29,117 bases of DNA from Candidatus Eiseniibacteriota bacterium (GTDB taxonomy: Bacteria > Eisenbacteria > RBG-16-71-46 > DASYSL01): NCBI GenBank assembly GCA_031431875.1, contig JANPEF010000056.1:1-29117 (forward strand), given 5' to 3'. The position numbers and the translations under genes are program-made. The notes below the pieces were generated by a model. That model was not told the DNA's origin, did no database searches, and worked only from the letters and a program-made list of their open reading frames with translations. This document shows, piece after piece, positions 9,120 through 16,536 of this stretch. Positions within the stretch are counted from its first letter, which is position 1. Each line of letters opens with the position of its first letter.

Positions 9120-9446
9120 ATGCCGACGTACGAATACGAATGCCAGAAGTGTGGCCACAAGTTCGAGGAGTTCCAGTCGATGAAGGATGCCCCGCTCACC
9201 AAGTGTCCTGCGTGCAAGGGCAAGGTGAAACGCCTCATCGGCGCCGGCGCGGGCTTCATCTTCAAGGGCTCGGGCTTCTACATCACCGACTACCGCTCCT
9301 CGGGCTACCGCGACAAGAAGAAGAAGGAGAGCGGCGACTCGGCCCCAGCGCCCGCGTCGTCGAGCCCGCCGCCGGCGACGCCGAGCGCCGCGGCTCCTGC
9401 CGCCGAGAAGCCGAAGAAATCCCCGGAGAAGAAAGGCAAGGCCTGA
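9120..9446 (+). CDS. FmdB-family zinc-ribbon protein with Lys/Pro/Ala-rich tail
   Basis: MPTYEYECQKCGHKFE...CPACKG...FKGSGFYITDY is the typical FmdB signature. Confidence 0.92.
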   Translation: MPTYEYECQKCGHKFEEFQSMKDAPLTKCPACKGKVKRLIGAGAGFIFKGSGFYITDYRSSGYRDKKKKESGDSAPAPASSSPPPATPSAAAPAAEKPKKSPEKKGKA

Positions 9447-9447
9447 C

Positions 9448-10446
9448 GTGTTCGCTGATCGCGCGAGCATTCGCGTCGAGGCCGGCAAGGGCGGCGCGGG
9501 GGCGATCTCGTTCCGCCGCGAGAAATTCGTTCCCAAGGGCGGGCCCGACGGAGGCGACGGCGGCGACGGTGGAAGCGTCGTCTTCGTGGTCGATCCGAAC
9601 GTCAAGACTCTGCTCGACTTCCAGTCGGCGAAGCTGTTCCGCGCCACGCCCGGCGCGCCCGGCAGCTCCAAGCGCTCGAGCGGCAAGGCCGGCAAGGACC
9701 TGACGATCCGCGTGCCACCCGGCACGCAGGTCACCGACGCCGACACCGACGAGCCGCTGGCCGACCTGGTCGAGCCCGGCACGCGGTGGATCGCCGCAGC
9801 GGGGGGCAAGGGCGGTCGCGGCAACGCGCAGTTCAAGACTGCCACCAACCAGGCGCCGCGGCGCGCCGATCCGGGCCTCCCGGGAGCGGGGCGCAACCTC
9901 GACCTCGAGCTCAAGCTGGTCGCCGATTGCGGGCTGGTCGGCTTTCCCAACGCGGGCAAGTCGACCTTGCTGGCCGCGGTCTCGAGCGCGCGGCCCAAGA
10001 TCGCCGCCTACCCGTTCACCACCCTGCGTCCGGTGCTCGGCGTCGTGCGCCTCGACGAGGAGCGCGTGTTCGTGCTCGAGGACATCCCGGGCCTGATCGA
10101 GGGCGCCTCCCAGGGGCGCGGCCTGGGCCACGAGTTCCTGCGCCACATCGAGCGCACCCGGATGCTCGCCTTCGTCATCGACGGGACCACCGAGGACCCG
10201 GCGGCCGCGCTGGCCGTGCTCGAGCGTGAACTGGCGGCGTGGTCGGCGGAACTGGTCACCAAGCCCCGGATCCTCGTCTATTCAAAGGCGGACCTGCAGC
10301 CTTCGGGCGAGGCCCAGGCCCGGGCCGCGGCCGACGGGGCCATGGCGATCTCCTCGGCAACGGGTGCGGGGCTCGACGAGTTTCGCCAGACGATCGGGGC
10401 GATGCTTGACGTCGCGGCCCGGGCGGAGCAACCTGACGAGGTCTGA
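9448..10446 (+). CDS. obgE: GTPase Obg/CgtA
   Basis: FRREKFVPKGGPDGGDGGDGG, GLVGFPNAGKST, AYPFTT, DIPG, GLGHEFLRHIER. Confidence 0.97.
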   Translation: MFADRASIRVEAGKGGAGAISFRREKFVPKGGPDGGDGGDGGSVVFVVDPNVKTLLDFQSAKLFRATPGAPGSSKRSSGKAGKDLTIRVPPGTQVTDADTDEPLADLVEPGTRWIAAAGGKGGRGNAQFKTATNQAPRRADPGLPGAGRNLDLELKLVADCGLVGFPNAGKSTLLAAVSSARPKIAAYPFTTLRPVLGVVRLDEERVFVLEDIPGLIEGASQGRGLGHEFLRHIERTRMLAFVIDGTTEDPAAALAVLERELAAWSAELVTKPRILVYSKADLQPSGEAQARAAADGAMAISSATGAGLDEFRQTIGAMLDVAARAEQPDEV

Positions 10447-10493
10447 GTCTGCATGCGCCCCCTTGGGCCCATCCCGAGAAGGAACCGATCGCC

Positions 10494-11123
10494 ATGGCCG
10501 AAGAATCCTTTACCCCGCTACGCTCCTTCGACGCGTTCTCCCCGCGCGGACTCGCCGGCAAGCGCGAGTACGTCCAGGGTCTCGAGGCCCGGGGCGATCG
10601 CGAAGCCGCCGCCCTCCTCGTCGAGTGCCTCAGTGACGAGTCCGGCTACCTGCGCGACCTTGCCGAGGCGGCGCTGATCCGCCTCAAGGCCGTGGCCACG
10701 CCGGTCCTTCCCATGCTCGCCTCCGGCCTGTGGTACACGCGGGTCAGCGCCGCCCGTACGCTCGGTCGCCTCGGGGCACGCGAAGCGATCGGGCCGCTCA
10801 TCGAGCTGCTCGCCGACAGCAACCAGTCGGTGCGCCGTGCCGGTGCCGACGCGCTGCAGGCGATCGCCCAGGGCGACGGCGCGTTGTTCGTCGCACGCAT
10901 GCTCTATCGGCGTCCCGAAGGCGAGCGCACGCGGCTCGTGCGCGAGATCGCCGGCGGCGCGCGCGATGTCGAGGCCCGCCTCGCCGACCTGCTTCGCCAC
11001 GATGAGGCGATGCGCGCCGACGAGGACGAACTCCTCAGCCACGACGCCGACGTCGTGCGGGCGAGCGCCGACGGCGTGGCCTGGGAGCTGCTCACCGGCC
11101 CCGGTCGCGGCGGAGCCCGCTGA
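10494..11123 (+). CDS. HEAT-repeat (PBS-lyase-like) protein
   Basis: SD AGAAGGA. Repeated LxDxxxxVRxxAAxAL-type units, e.g. WYTRVSAARTLGRLG...AIGPLIELLADSNQSVRRAGADAL. Confidence 0.85.
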   Translation: MAEESFTPLRSFDAFSPRGLAGKREYVQGLEARGDREAAALLVECLSDESGYLRDLAEAALIRLKAVATPVLPMLASGLWYTRVSAARTLGRLGAREAIGPLIELLADSNQSVRRAGADALQAIAQGDGALFVARMLYRRPEGERTRLVREIAGGARDVEARLADLLRHDEAMRADEDELLSHDADVVRASADGVAWELLTGPGRGGAR

Positions 11124-12016
11124 GCCCCCGCGGCGCTCCCGACGATCGCTCGCTTGCTCCCGATCATCCCGACTATCCGACCCGACTGCGTGCCGCCGGT
11201 CCGGGCGGCGGCCCTGTGCTGTCCCTGCGGGGCCATGGCCCGTGGCCCGCGCGACCGGCGGTCGCCATCGTCGGCGCCCGGGCCGCGACGGCGTACGCCC
11301 GACGCGTCGCGTTCGAGGTGGCGCAGGCCTGCGCCCACGCCGGGGTCTGCGTGGGGAGCGGACTGGCCCGCGGCGTCGATGCCGCCGCGCACGCGGGGGC
11401 GCTTGCCGGGCAGGGCACGACCGTCGCGGTCCTCGGCACCGGCATCGACGTCGTCTATCCTCCGGAACACGCGTCCCTCTACGCCGCTGTGCGCGCGAAC
11501 GGAACGCTGGTCACGGCGTTGCCCGCGGGCGCGCCGCCGCGCCGTGGCCACTTTCCCGCGCGCAATCGCGTGCTCGCCGCGCTGTGCGACGGCGTCGTGC
11601 TGGTGCAGGCCGACGCGAACAGCGGCGCCCATCACACCGTGCGCGCGGCGCTGGCCGGTGGCGCCTGGGCGAGGATCGCGCCGTGGCCGCTCGACGACGT
11701 GCGCTACGCCGGAAACGCCGGGTGGCTCGCGCGCGGCGCTGCGGGCGTCGCACCACTGCTCGACTCGGCGGAGCCCGCGCGGTCTGCCCGCATCTCCCGC
11801 ACGGCCCGCGCAGCGGAGGGCGGAGGGGCTGCCGCAAGCGATTCGCCGTCGGCCCGCCTGCAGGCGGCGCTCGGCTCGCGGGGTCGCACGCTCGACGCCT
11901 TGGCCCGCAGCGCCGGGCTCGGTCCGGCCGAGGCCGCAGTCGCCGCACTCGAACTGGAACTGGCCGGCATCGCGCAGCGCATGCCGGGCGATTGCTATCG
12001 GCGGGGGAGAGGATGA
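11120..12016 (+). CDS. dprA: DNA-processing protein DprA/Smf (no N-terminal SAM domain; C-terminal winged helix); start probably CTG
   Basis: DYPTRLR...L.LRG lies upstream of the first GTG (11216). VAIVGAR, SGLARGVDAAAH, TVAVLGTGIDVVYP, FPARNR; C-terminal LELELAG....PG. CTGA overlaps the HEAT stop. Confidence 0.88.
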   Translation: MSPRGAPDDRSLAPDHPDYPTRLRAAGPGGGPVLSLRGHGPWPARPAVAIVGARAATAYARRVAFEVAQACAHAGVCVGSGLARGVDAAAHAGALAGQGTTVAVLGTGIDVVYPPEHASLYAAVRANGTLVTALPAGAPPRRGHFPARNRVLAALCDGVVLVQADANSGAHHTVRAALAGGAWARIAPWPLDDVRYAGNAGWLARGAAGVAPLLDSAEPARSARISRTARAAEGGGAAASDSPSARLQAALGSRGRTLDALARSAGLGPAEAAVAALELELAGIAQRMPGDCYRRGRG

Positions 12017-13995
12017 GCGGCTCGCCGGTGCGCTTCGCGCACCGTCTCGAATATGCCGCGGTGCTGGCGCTCAGTGCGCTGGCTGGGGCATTGCCGCTGC
12101 GCGCCGCGCTCGCCCTGGGGCGTGGACTCGGCGCCGGGGCGTTTCGGCTCGGCGTCCGGCGGGGCGTTGCGACGGCGAACCTGGCGCGGGCGTTCCCCGA
12201 GAAGAGCGCCGGCGAGCGCGCGGCGATCCTGCGCGAGGCGTACGGGCACGCCGGCATGACGGTGGTCGAGCTGCTGCGCGCCGGGCGCATGGGGGAAGGC
12301 GAACGCGCCGCGCTCGTCGGGGCGATGCGGGGTGTCGAGCTCGTGACGGAGGCGCTGCGGCGCGGGACCGGAGTGGTGATCGCGTCCGCCCACTTCGGTG
12401 CCTCGGAGCTGATGGCCGTGCAGGCGGTCGATGCCGGCGTCCCCATCCACTTCTTCGTGCGCGCCCAGTCGAATGCACTGGTCGATCGCCTGCTCACCGC
12501 GCGGCGTCGCGCGCTCGGTGCGGGGATCGTCGGCCACGGCGAGCGTGGCGTGCGCGAGGCGTTGACCCAGTTGCGCCGGGGCATCTGCCTGGCGGTCATG
12601 GCCGACCAGGACGCGGGAAGGGACGGCGTCTTCGTGCCGTTCTTCGGCCAGCCCACATCGACGCCGCCTGGCCCGGCCGAGTTCGCGCTCCGCACCGGGG
12701 CGCCGCTGTTCTTTGCCGTCCTGCACCGCACTGCTGGCGGCGGATACGCCGGTGTGGTGGAGCCAATCCGCGCACCGCCACGGAGCGGGGACCACGCCGC
12801 CGACGTGCGCGAGCTCACGCGCCGCCACGCCGCCGCGCTCGAGCGTGTCATCCGGGAGCATCCGGCCCAGTGGATGTGGACGCATCGCCGGTGGAAGACA
12901 TCGCCGCCGGCGGCGCTTCTGCTTGCCGTGGCGGCACTGGTGATCCTGGTCGCGCTCGCCCCGGGCGGAGCCGTGGCTGTGCCTGCCGACTCCACGTCGG
13001 GGCTCGCCGGGCGCGCGCCGGAGAGTACGTTCGACGGCGCCGGCAGCACGGTCTTTCCGCTCGAGCGGGCGCGCGTACGGCGGCTGTTCGAGGACGTGCG
13101 GATCCGGCGCGGCGACGAGGGATGGTCGATTGTCGCCGACGAGTGGTTCGAGGCGGGCGTGGCGCCGGCGACTGTGGTGTTCGCGTTGCCCGACTACCGG
13201 GCAAGTCTCGCCGGGGCGGGCGACACGAGCATCGTGCGCGGCACGCTGCGCGACCTCGAGGTCACCGTCGACGGATTGCCCATGGCGATCGAAGCCCTGC
13301 CCGGCAACGCCGCGCCCGGCGCCGACCTCGGCGGAATCGAGCGCATCCTTCGCTTCAGCGTTCCGTTCGCTGCCGGGGAGAAACGCGGCATCCGTCTGGT
13401 CTACCGCATCGGCGAGTCGCACACCGACGCGGGGGAGCCACTCCTCTTCTACTACCGCAATCCCGGATCACTGTGGGAAGGGGAAAGCCCCAAGTCGACC
13501 GTGCGTGTCGATCTCGGCGCATGGTCCGCCGACGACCTGGTCATCGGTTGGCTGCGCCCGCGGGGCTATCGTCTGTACGCGGATTGCGTGCTGTGGCATC
13601 GCCCGGCGGGGGAGGAGCTGGCCGACATCGCCCTCGGGGCGCGGCCGCTCGGGGATCCGCTCGGTGCCTTCAGCGACCGAAAGCTCGGCCCGCTCGGTCT
13701 CGGCCTCGAGGCGCGCGAGGAGTGGATCGAGCGCCTGACGGCGAATCAGCTGCGCTACTTCATCGCCTGGTTGCCGGCGCGGCGCGGCGGGACCCCGCCC
13801 GGCAGCGGTCCCGGCTCGGGGCTGACGGGCGAGGTCTGGTGGAAGCCGGTCCGCGACTTCCGCGAGGAGAAGCTGTCGACCGACGAGCGCCGGCTCCTGG
13901 CGCGACTGCGCGAGCGGCTTGATCGCTGGGAGCGGTCGCGGATTCCATTTTTTGCGGGGCCGCCCTTCCTTCCGGGCGATCCTTCTGCCCCCTGA
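12013..13995 (+). CDS. LpxL/HtrB-family lipid A (lysophospholipid) acyltransferase fused through a TM/signal segment to a DUF4424-like plus YARHG-like module (660 aa)
   Basis: ATGA overlap. NLARAFPE, SAHFGASE (HxxxxE), ADQD, VPFFG, PAQWMWTHRRWK; then hydrophobic 12910-12978 and about 340 further residues with no stop. Confidence 0.85.
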   Translation: MSGSPVRFAHRLEYAAVLALSALAGALPLRAALALGRGLGAGAFRLGVRRGVATANLARAFPEKSAGERAAILREAYGHAGMTVVELLRAGRMGEGERAALVGAMRGVELVTEALRRGTGVVIASAHFGASELMAVQAVDAGVPIHFFVRAQSNALVDRLLTARRRALGAGIVGHGERGVREALTQLRRGICLAVMADQDAGRDGVFVPFFGQPTSTPPGPAEFALRTGAPLFFAVLHRTAGGGYAGVVEPIRAPPRSGDHAADVRELTRRHAAALERVIREHPAQWMWTHRRWKTSPPAALLLAVAALVILVALAPGGAVAVPADSTSGLAGRAPESTFDGAGSTVFPLERARVRRLFEDVRIRRGDEGWSIVADEWFEAGVAPATVVFALPDYRASLAGAGDTSIVRGTLRDLEVTVDGLPMAIEALPGNAAPGADLGGIERILRFSVPFAAGEKRGIRLVYRIGESHTDAGEPLLFYYRNPGSLWEGESPKSTVRVDLGAWSADDLVIGWLRPRGYRLYADCVLWHRPAGEELADIALGARPLGDPLGAFSDRKLGPLGLGLEAREEWIERLTANQLRYFIAWLPARRGGTPPGSGPGSGLTGEVWWKPVRDFREEKLSTDERRLLARLRERLDRWERSRIPFFAGPPFLPGDPSAP

Positions 13996-13999
13996 GCCT

Positions 14000-14039
14000 G
14001 CGGGCATTCTGCAACAGGTGCGGCACATTGCCCCACCTG
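14000..14039. promoter_or_regulatory. Paired dyad sites, candidate enhancer (UAS) for a sigma54 activator; could alternatively be a terminator hairpin
   Basis: CAGGTGCGGCA-CAT-TGCCCCACCTG (14015-14039; 11-bp arms, one mismatch) plus a related GCGGGCA-TTC-TGCAACA (14000-14016). Confidence 0.35.
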
Positions 14040-14186
14040 CCGGCCCGCCGTGCGCCGTTGATTCCGGACAGCGGTTCCGAGAACCCATCCAATGCGGTGT
14101 TTCAAACGTAAAGCCAACAGCGACTTGAGGTCTCCATCGAAGGTGCTTTCTAGACCAGGCTCCGGGTCCGGCAAGGCCCGGCAAAG

Positions 14187-14202
14187 TGGCCCGGCCCTTG
14201 CA
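14187..14202 (+). promoter_or_regulatory. Sigma54 (RpoN) -24/-12 promoter
   Basis: TGGCCCGGCCCTTGCA has the exact GG-N10-GC spacing of TGGCAC-N5-TTGCA. SD AGGAGG at 14231-14236 before ATG 14244. Confidence 0.7.
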
Positions 14203-14243
14203 CTTCAGCGTTCCGGTCACGGTCCGATCCAGGAGGGATCCGC

Positions 14244-16217
14244 ATGCCCGGTTCACGCGCTCCGATGAATCCATTGTCCCGCTGGGCCTCGCCCGACGCT
14301 CAGCGCACCCTCGCTCTCTCCGCGCTCCTGCTCGAACCCGTGGAGGAACGGGCCATCCTGCGTCGCACGGTGGCGGCACTGGCCGCGCCGGGTGGCCTCG
14401 GGTTCACCCGGTCGTTCCTGTTTGTCTACGATGCGGCGCACGGCACCTTCGTGGGTCGCCATGCCGTCGGCCCCGCGGACGCGAACGAAGCGCGACGGGT
14501 CGCCCACCTGGCGCTCGACGAAGGCGAATTGCTCGCCGCGCTGCGGGACCTCGACGACGACGCTCTCGAAGCCGCCGCCCCCGAGTCGACCGCGCGCGTG
14601 CGGACTCTCGCGCTGCCGCTGGAGCCCGGCGTGCATTCGCTGCTCGACGAGTGCCTGGCCAGAGGCGCCGGTCGCCTCGGCGCGAGCCCACCGGGGCCCA
14701 CCGGCGCGGTTGCGACCACGACGTGGGGCGATCGCCTCGCGCTCGGCGGTTGTGCGGCGGCGCTCGTGCGGGCATCCGACGAGCCGGTCGCGCTGCTGAT
14801 CGCCGATTGCGCGTTCACCGGAGCAGGAGTCAGCGACGACGACGTGGCGCGGCTGGGCCACGTGGCACGGCTCGCGGGCGCGGGCGTCGAGCGCGCCCGC
14901 GCGTCGCGCCTGCTCGCCGAGCGCGGCGGCCAGCTCGCCACCCTCGACGAGGCGGGAAAGAGCGCCGTCCAGACGACCAGCCTGCGCACCGAGCTCGCGC
15001 TCCTGGTCCGCGCCGCGACGCAGACCCTGTCCTGTCGCGGCGGCGTCCTCTGGCGCACGGCGGGTGAGCGCGCCACGCTGCTGCTCGAGAGCGTGCACGT
15101 CGCGGATGACACCTGTGACCCGCTCCGCGAGGCGCATGCGCTCGAGCCGCTGGTGCGCGACGCGCTGCGCGAGCGGGCGGCGCGTGTCGTGCGCGACGTC
15201 AGCCGCGATCCGCGGGTCGATGCCGACCGGGCACGCGGCTTCGGCCCGGCCCTCCTGGCGCCGGTGATGACGCCGGGCAGCGCGGCGCCCGCCGGCTTCC
15301 TGGTGCTGTGGAACCCGGCGGCGCACGGCCCGGGCGAGGCGGCCGGCTTCGATCGCGACGACCTGCGTTTCGCCGAGGCGATGGCCGGCACGATTGGGGC
15401 GGTGCTCGCCCAGTCGGCGCTGTCCGATCGCGTGCGTCGCGCCGAGGAACGCGCGGGCGACACGCGCAAGCAGCTGGCGACGGCCGAGCGCCTGGCGGCG
15501 CTTGGCGAGCTGGCGGCGCGCGCCGCGCAGGAGGTGAAGGCACCGCTCGCCTCGATCGGCGGGTTCGCCCGCCGCGTGCACAAGGGACTGGCCGAGGACG
15601 ATCCGCAGCGCGAGTACGTCGAAATCATCCTGCGCGAATCGGAGCGGATCGAGCGCCTGCTCGCCGAGCAGATGCAGTTCGTCCGCCTGTCGCGGCCGCG
15701 ACTCGCCATCGAGAGCGTGAACCAGCTCCTGACCGCGGCGCTGACCGGGCGCGGCGAGGCGCTGGCGAAGAAGCGCGTGCGCGTGCTCAAGAAGTTCGCA
15801 CCCGACGTGCCGCCGCTGCTGCTCGACGCGGAGAAGATCTCGCAGGTCGTCGCCAACATGCTCGACAGCGCGCTCGACAACATGCCCGGCAATGGGCGCC
15901 TGCGCGTCGAGTCGCGCCGGGCGCAGGGTTACATCGTGGTCGAGATCGCGGGGGAGGGTCCGCCGCTGGCGGGGGAGATGCTCGAGCAGCTGTTCGTGCC
16001 CTTCACCACCTCGCGCCGCTCGGGCGAGTCGGTCGGGCTGGCGCTCGCCCAGCAGGTCGTGCAGAGTCACGGCGGCGAGATCCGGGTGCGCTCGGAGGGG
16101 GACTGGGGGGTGATCTTCTCGTTCACGCTGCCCGTGTCCGAGAATCAGGATCGACGGCGCGCCAACGACCGGCGCGGTGTCCGGAACGATCGCCGGAACC
16201 GCTTTCCGGCGGCCTAG
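14244..16217 (+). CDS. Cytoplasmic GAF-GAF-HisKA-HATPase protein with degenerate catalytic motifs (pseudo-histidine kinase) and DRR-repeat tail
   Basis: ERLAALGELAARAAQEVKAPL (H-box, H replaced by Q), NMLDSA, AGEGPPL, LFVPFTT, GESVGL, HGGEIRV; N-terminal GAF-like regions; no TM segment seen. Confidence 0.88.
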   Translation: MPGSRAPMNPLSRWASPDAQRTLALSALLLEPVEERAILRRTVAALAAPGGLGFTRSFLFVYDAAHGTFVGRHAVGPADANEARRVAHLALDEGELLAALRDLDDDALEAAAPESTARVRTLALPLEPGVHSLLDECLARGAGRLGASPPGPTGAVATTTWGDRLALGGCAAALVRASDEPVALLIADCAFTGAGVSDDDVARLGHVARLAGAGVERARASRLLAERGGQLATLDEAGKSAVQTTSLRTELALLVRAATQTLSCRGGVLWRTAGERATLLLESVHVADDTCDPLREAHALEPLVRDALRERAARVVRDVSRDPRVDADRARGFGPALLAPVMTPGSAAPAGFLVLWNPAAHGPGEAAGFDRDDLRFAEAMAGTIGAVLAQSALSDRVRRAEERAGDTRKQLATAERLAALGELAARAAQEVKAPLASIGGFARRVHKGLAEDDPQREYVEIILRESERIERLLAEQMQFVRLSRPRLAIESVNQLLTAALTGRGEALAKKRVRVLKKFAPDVPPLLLDAEKISQVVANMLDSALDNMPGNGRLRVESRRAQGYIVVEIAGEGPPLAGEMLEQLFVPFTTSRRSGESVGLALAQQVVQSHGGEIRVRSEGDWGVIFSFTLPVSENQDRRRANDRRGVRNDRRNRFPAA

Positions 16218-16237
16218 TTGGGGGTGACGCGGGCCGG

Positions 16238-16267
16238 TTGACGCGAGCGCGTCGCCGCTGGTATAAA
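16238..16267 (+). promoter_or_regulatory. Sigma70 promoter for the tRNA / glmM-glmS transcript
   Basis: TTGACG 16238-16243, 18-nt spacer, extended -10 TG-G-TATAAA ending 16267. Confidence 0.7.
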
Positions 16268-16330
16268 CCTGTCGTGGACGACGCAGGCTCGGGGGTCGAC
16301 CCCGAGCCTCTGCCGTTGTGGAGCAAACGG

Positions 16331-16406
16331 GCGACCCTAGCTCAGTTGGTAGAGCACTAGACTGAAAATCTAGGTGTCCCCGGTTCGATTCCGGGGGGTC
16401 GCACCA
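16331..16406 (+). tRNA. tRNA-Phe (GAA)
   Basis: 76-nt cloverleaf: acceptor GCGACCC/GGGTCGC, anticodon arm CTAGA-CTGAAAA-TCTAG, T loop TTCGATT, encoded CCA. Confidence 0.97.
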
Positions 16407-16425
16407 CCTTCGGGTCGGGAAACGG

Positions 16426-16501
16426 GCTGGTGTAGCTCAGCTGGTAGAGCAGCGCACTCGTAATGCGCAGGTCAGCGGTTCGATTCCGCTCACCAGCTCC
16501 A
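16426..16501 (+). tRNA. tRNA-Thr (CGT)
   Basis: 76-nt cloverleaf: acceptor GCTGGTG/CACCAGC, anticodon arm GCGCA-CTCGTAA-TGCGC, encoded CCA. Confidence 0.97.
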
Positions 16502-16536
16502 TCCCCCCCGGGTCCGCCCGCGCGCGAAAGGTCCCC

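Noticed and set aside
9448..10446. Obg lacking the C-terminal OCT domain
   Set aside because: Short Obg proteins are common in many phyla.
10837..12012. N-terminal extension making the acyltransferase 1052 aa
   Set aside because: Overlaps HEAT and dprA in other frames; ATG 12013 has an SD-like GGAGAGG and an ATGA overlap.
11154..13922. 922-aa plus-strand alternative-frame ORF
   Set aside because: Arg/Ala/Pro/Gly-rich off-frame translation overlapping dprA and the lpxL fusion, which carry the real motifs.
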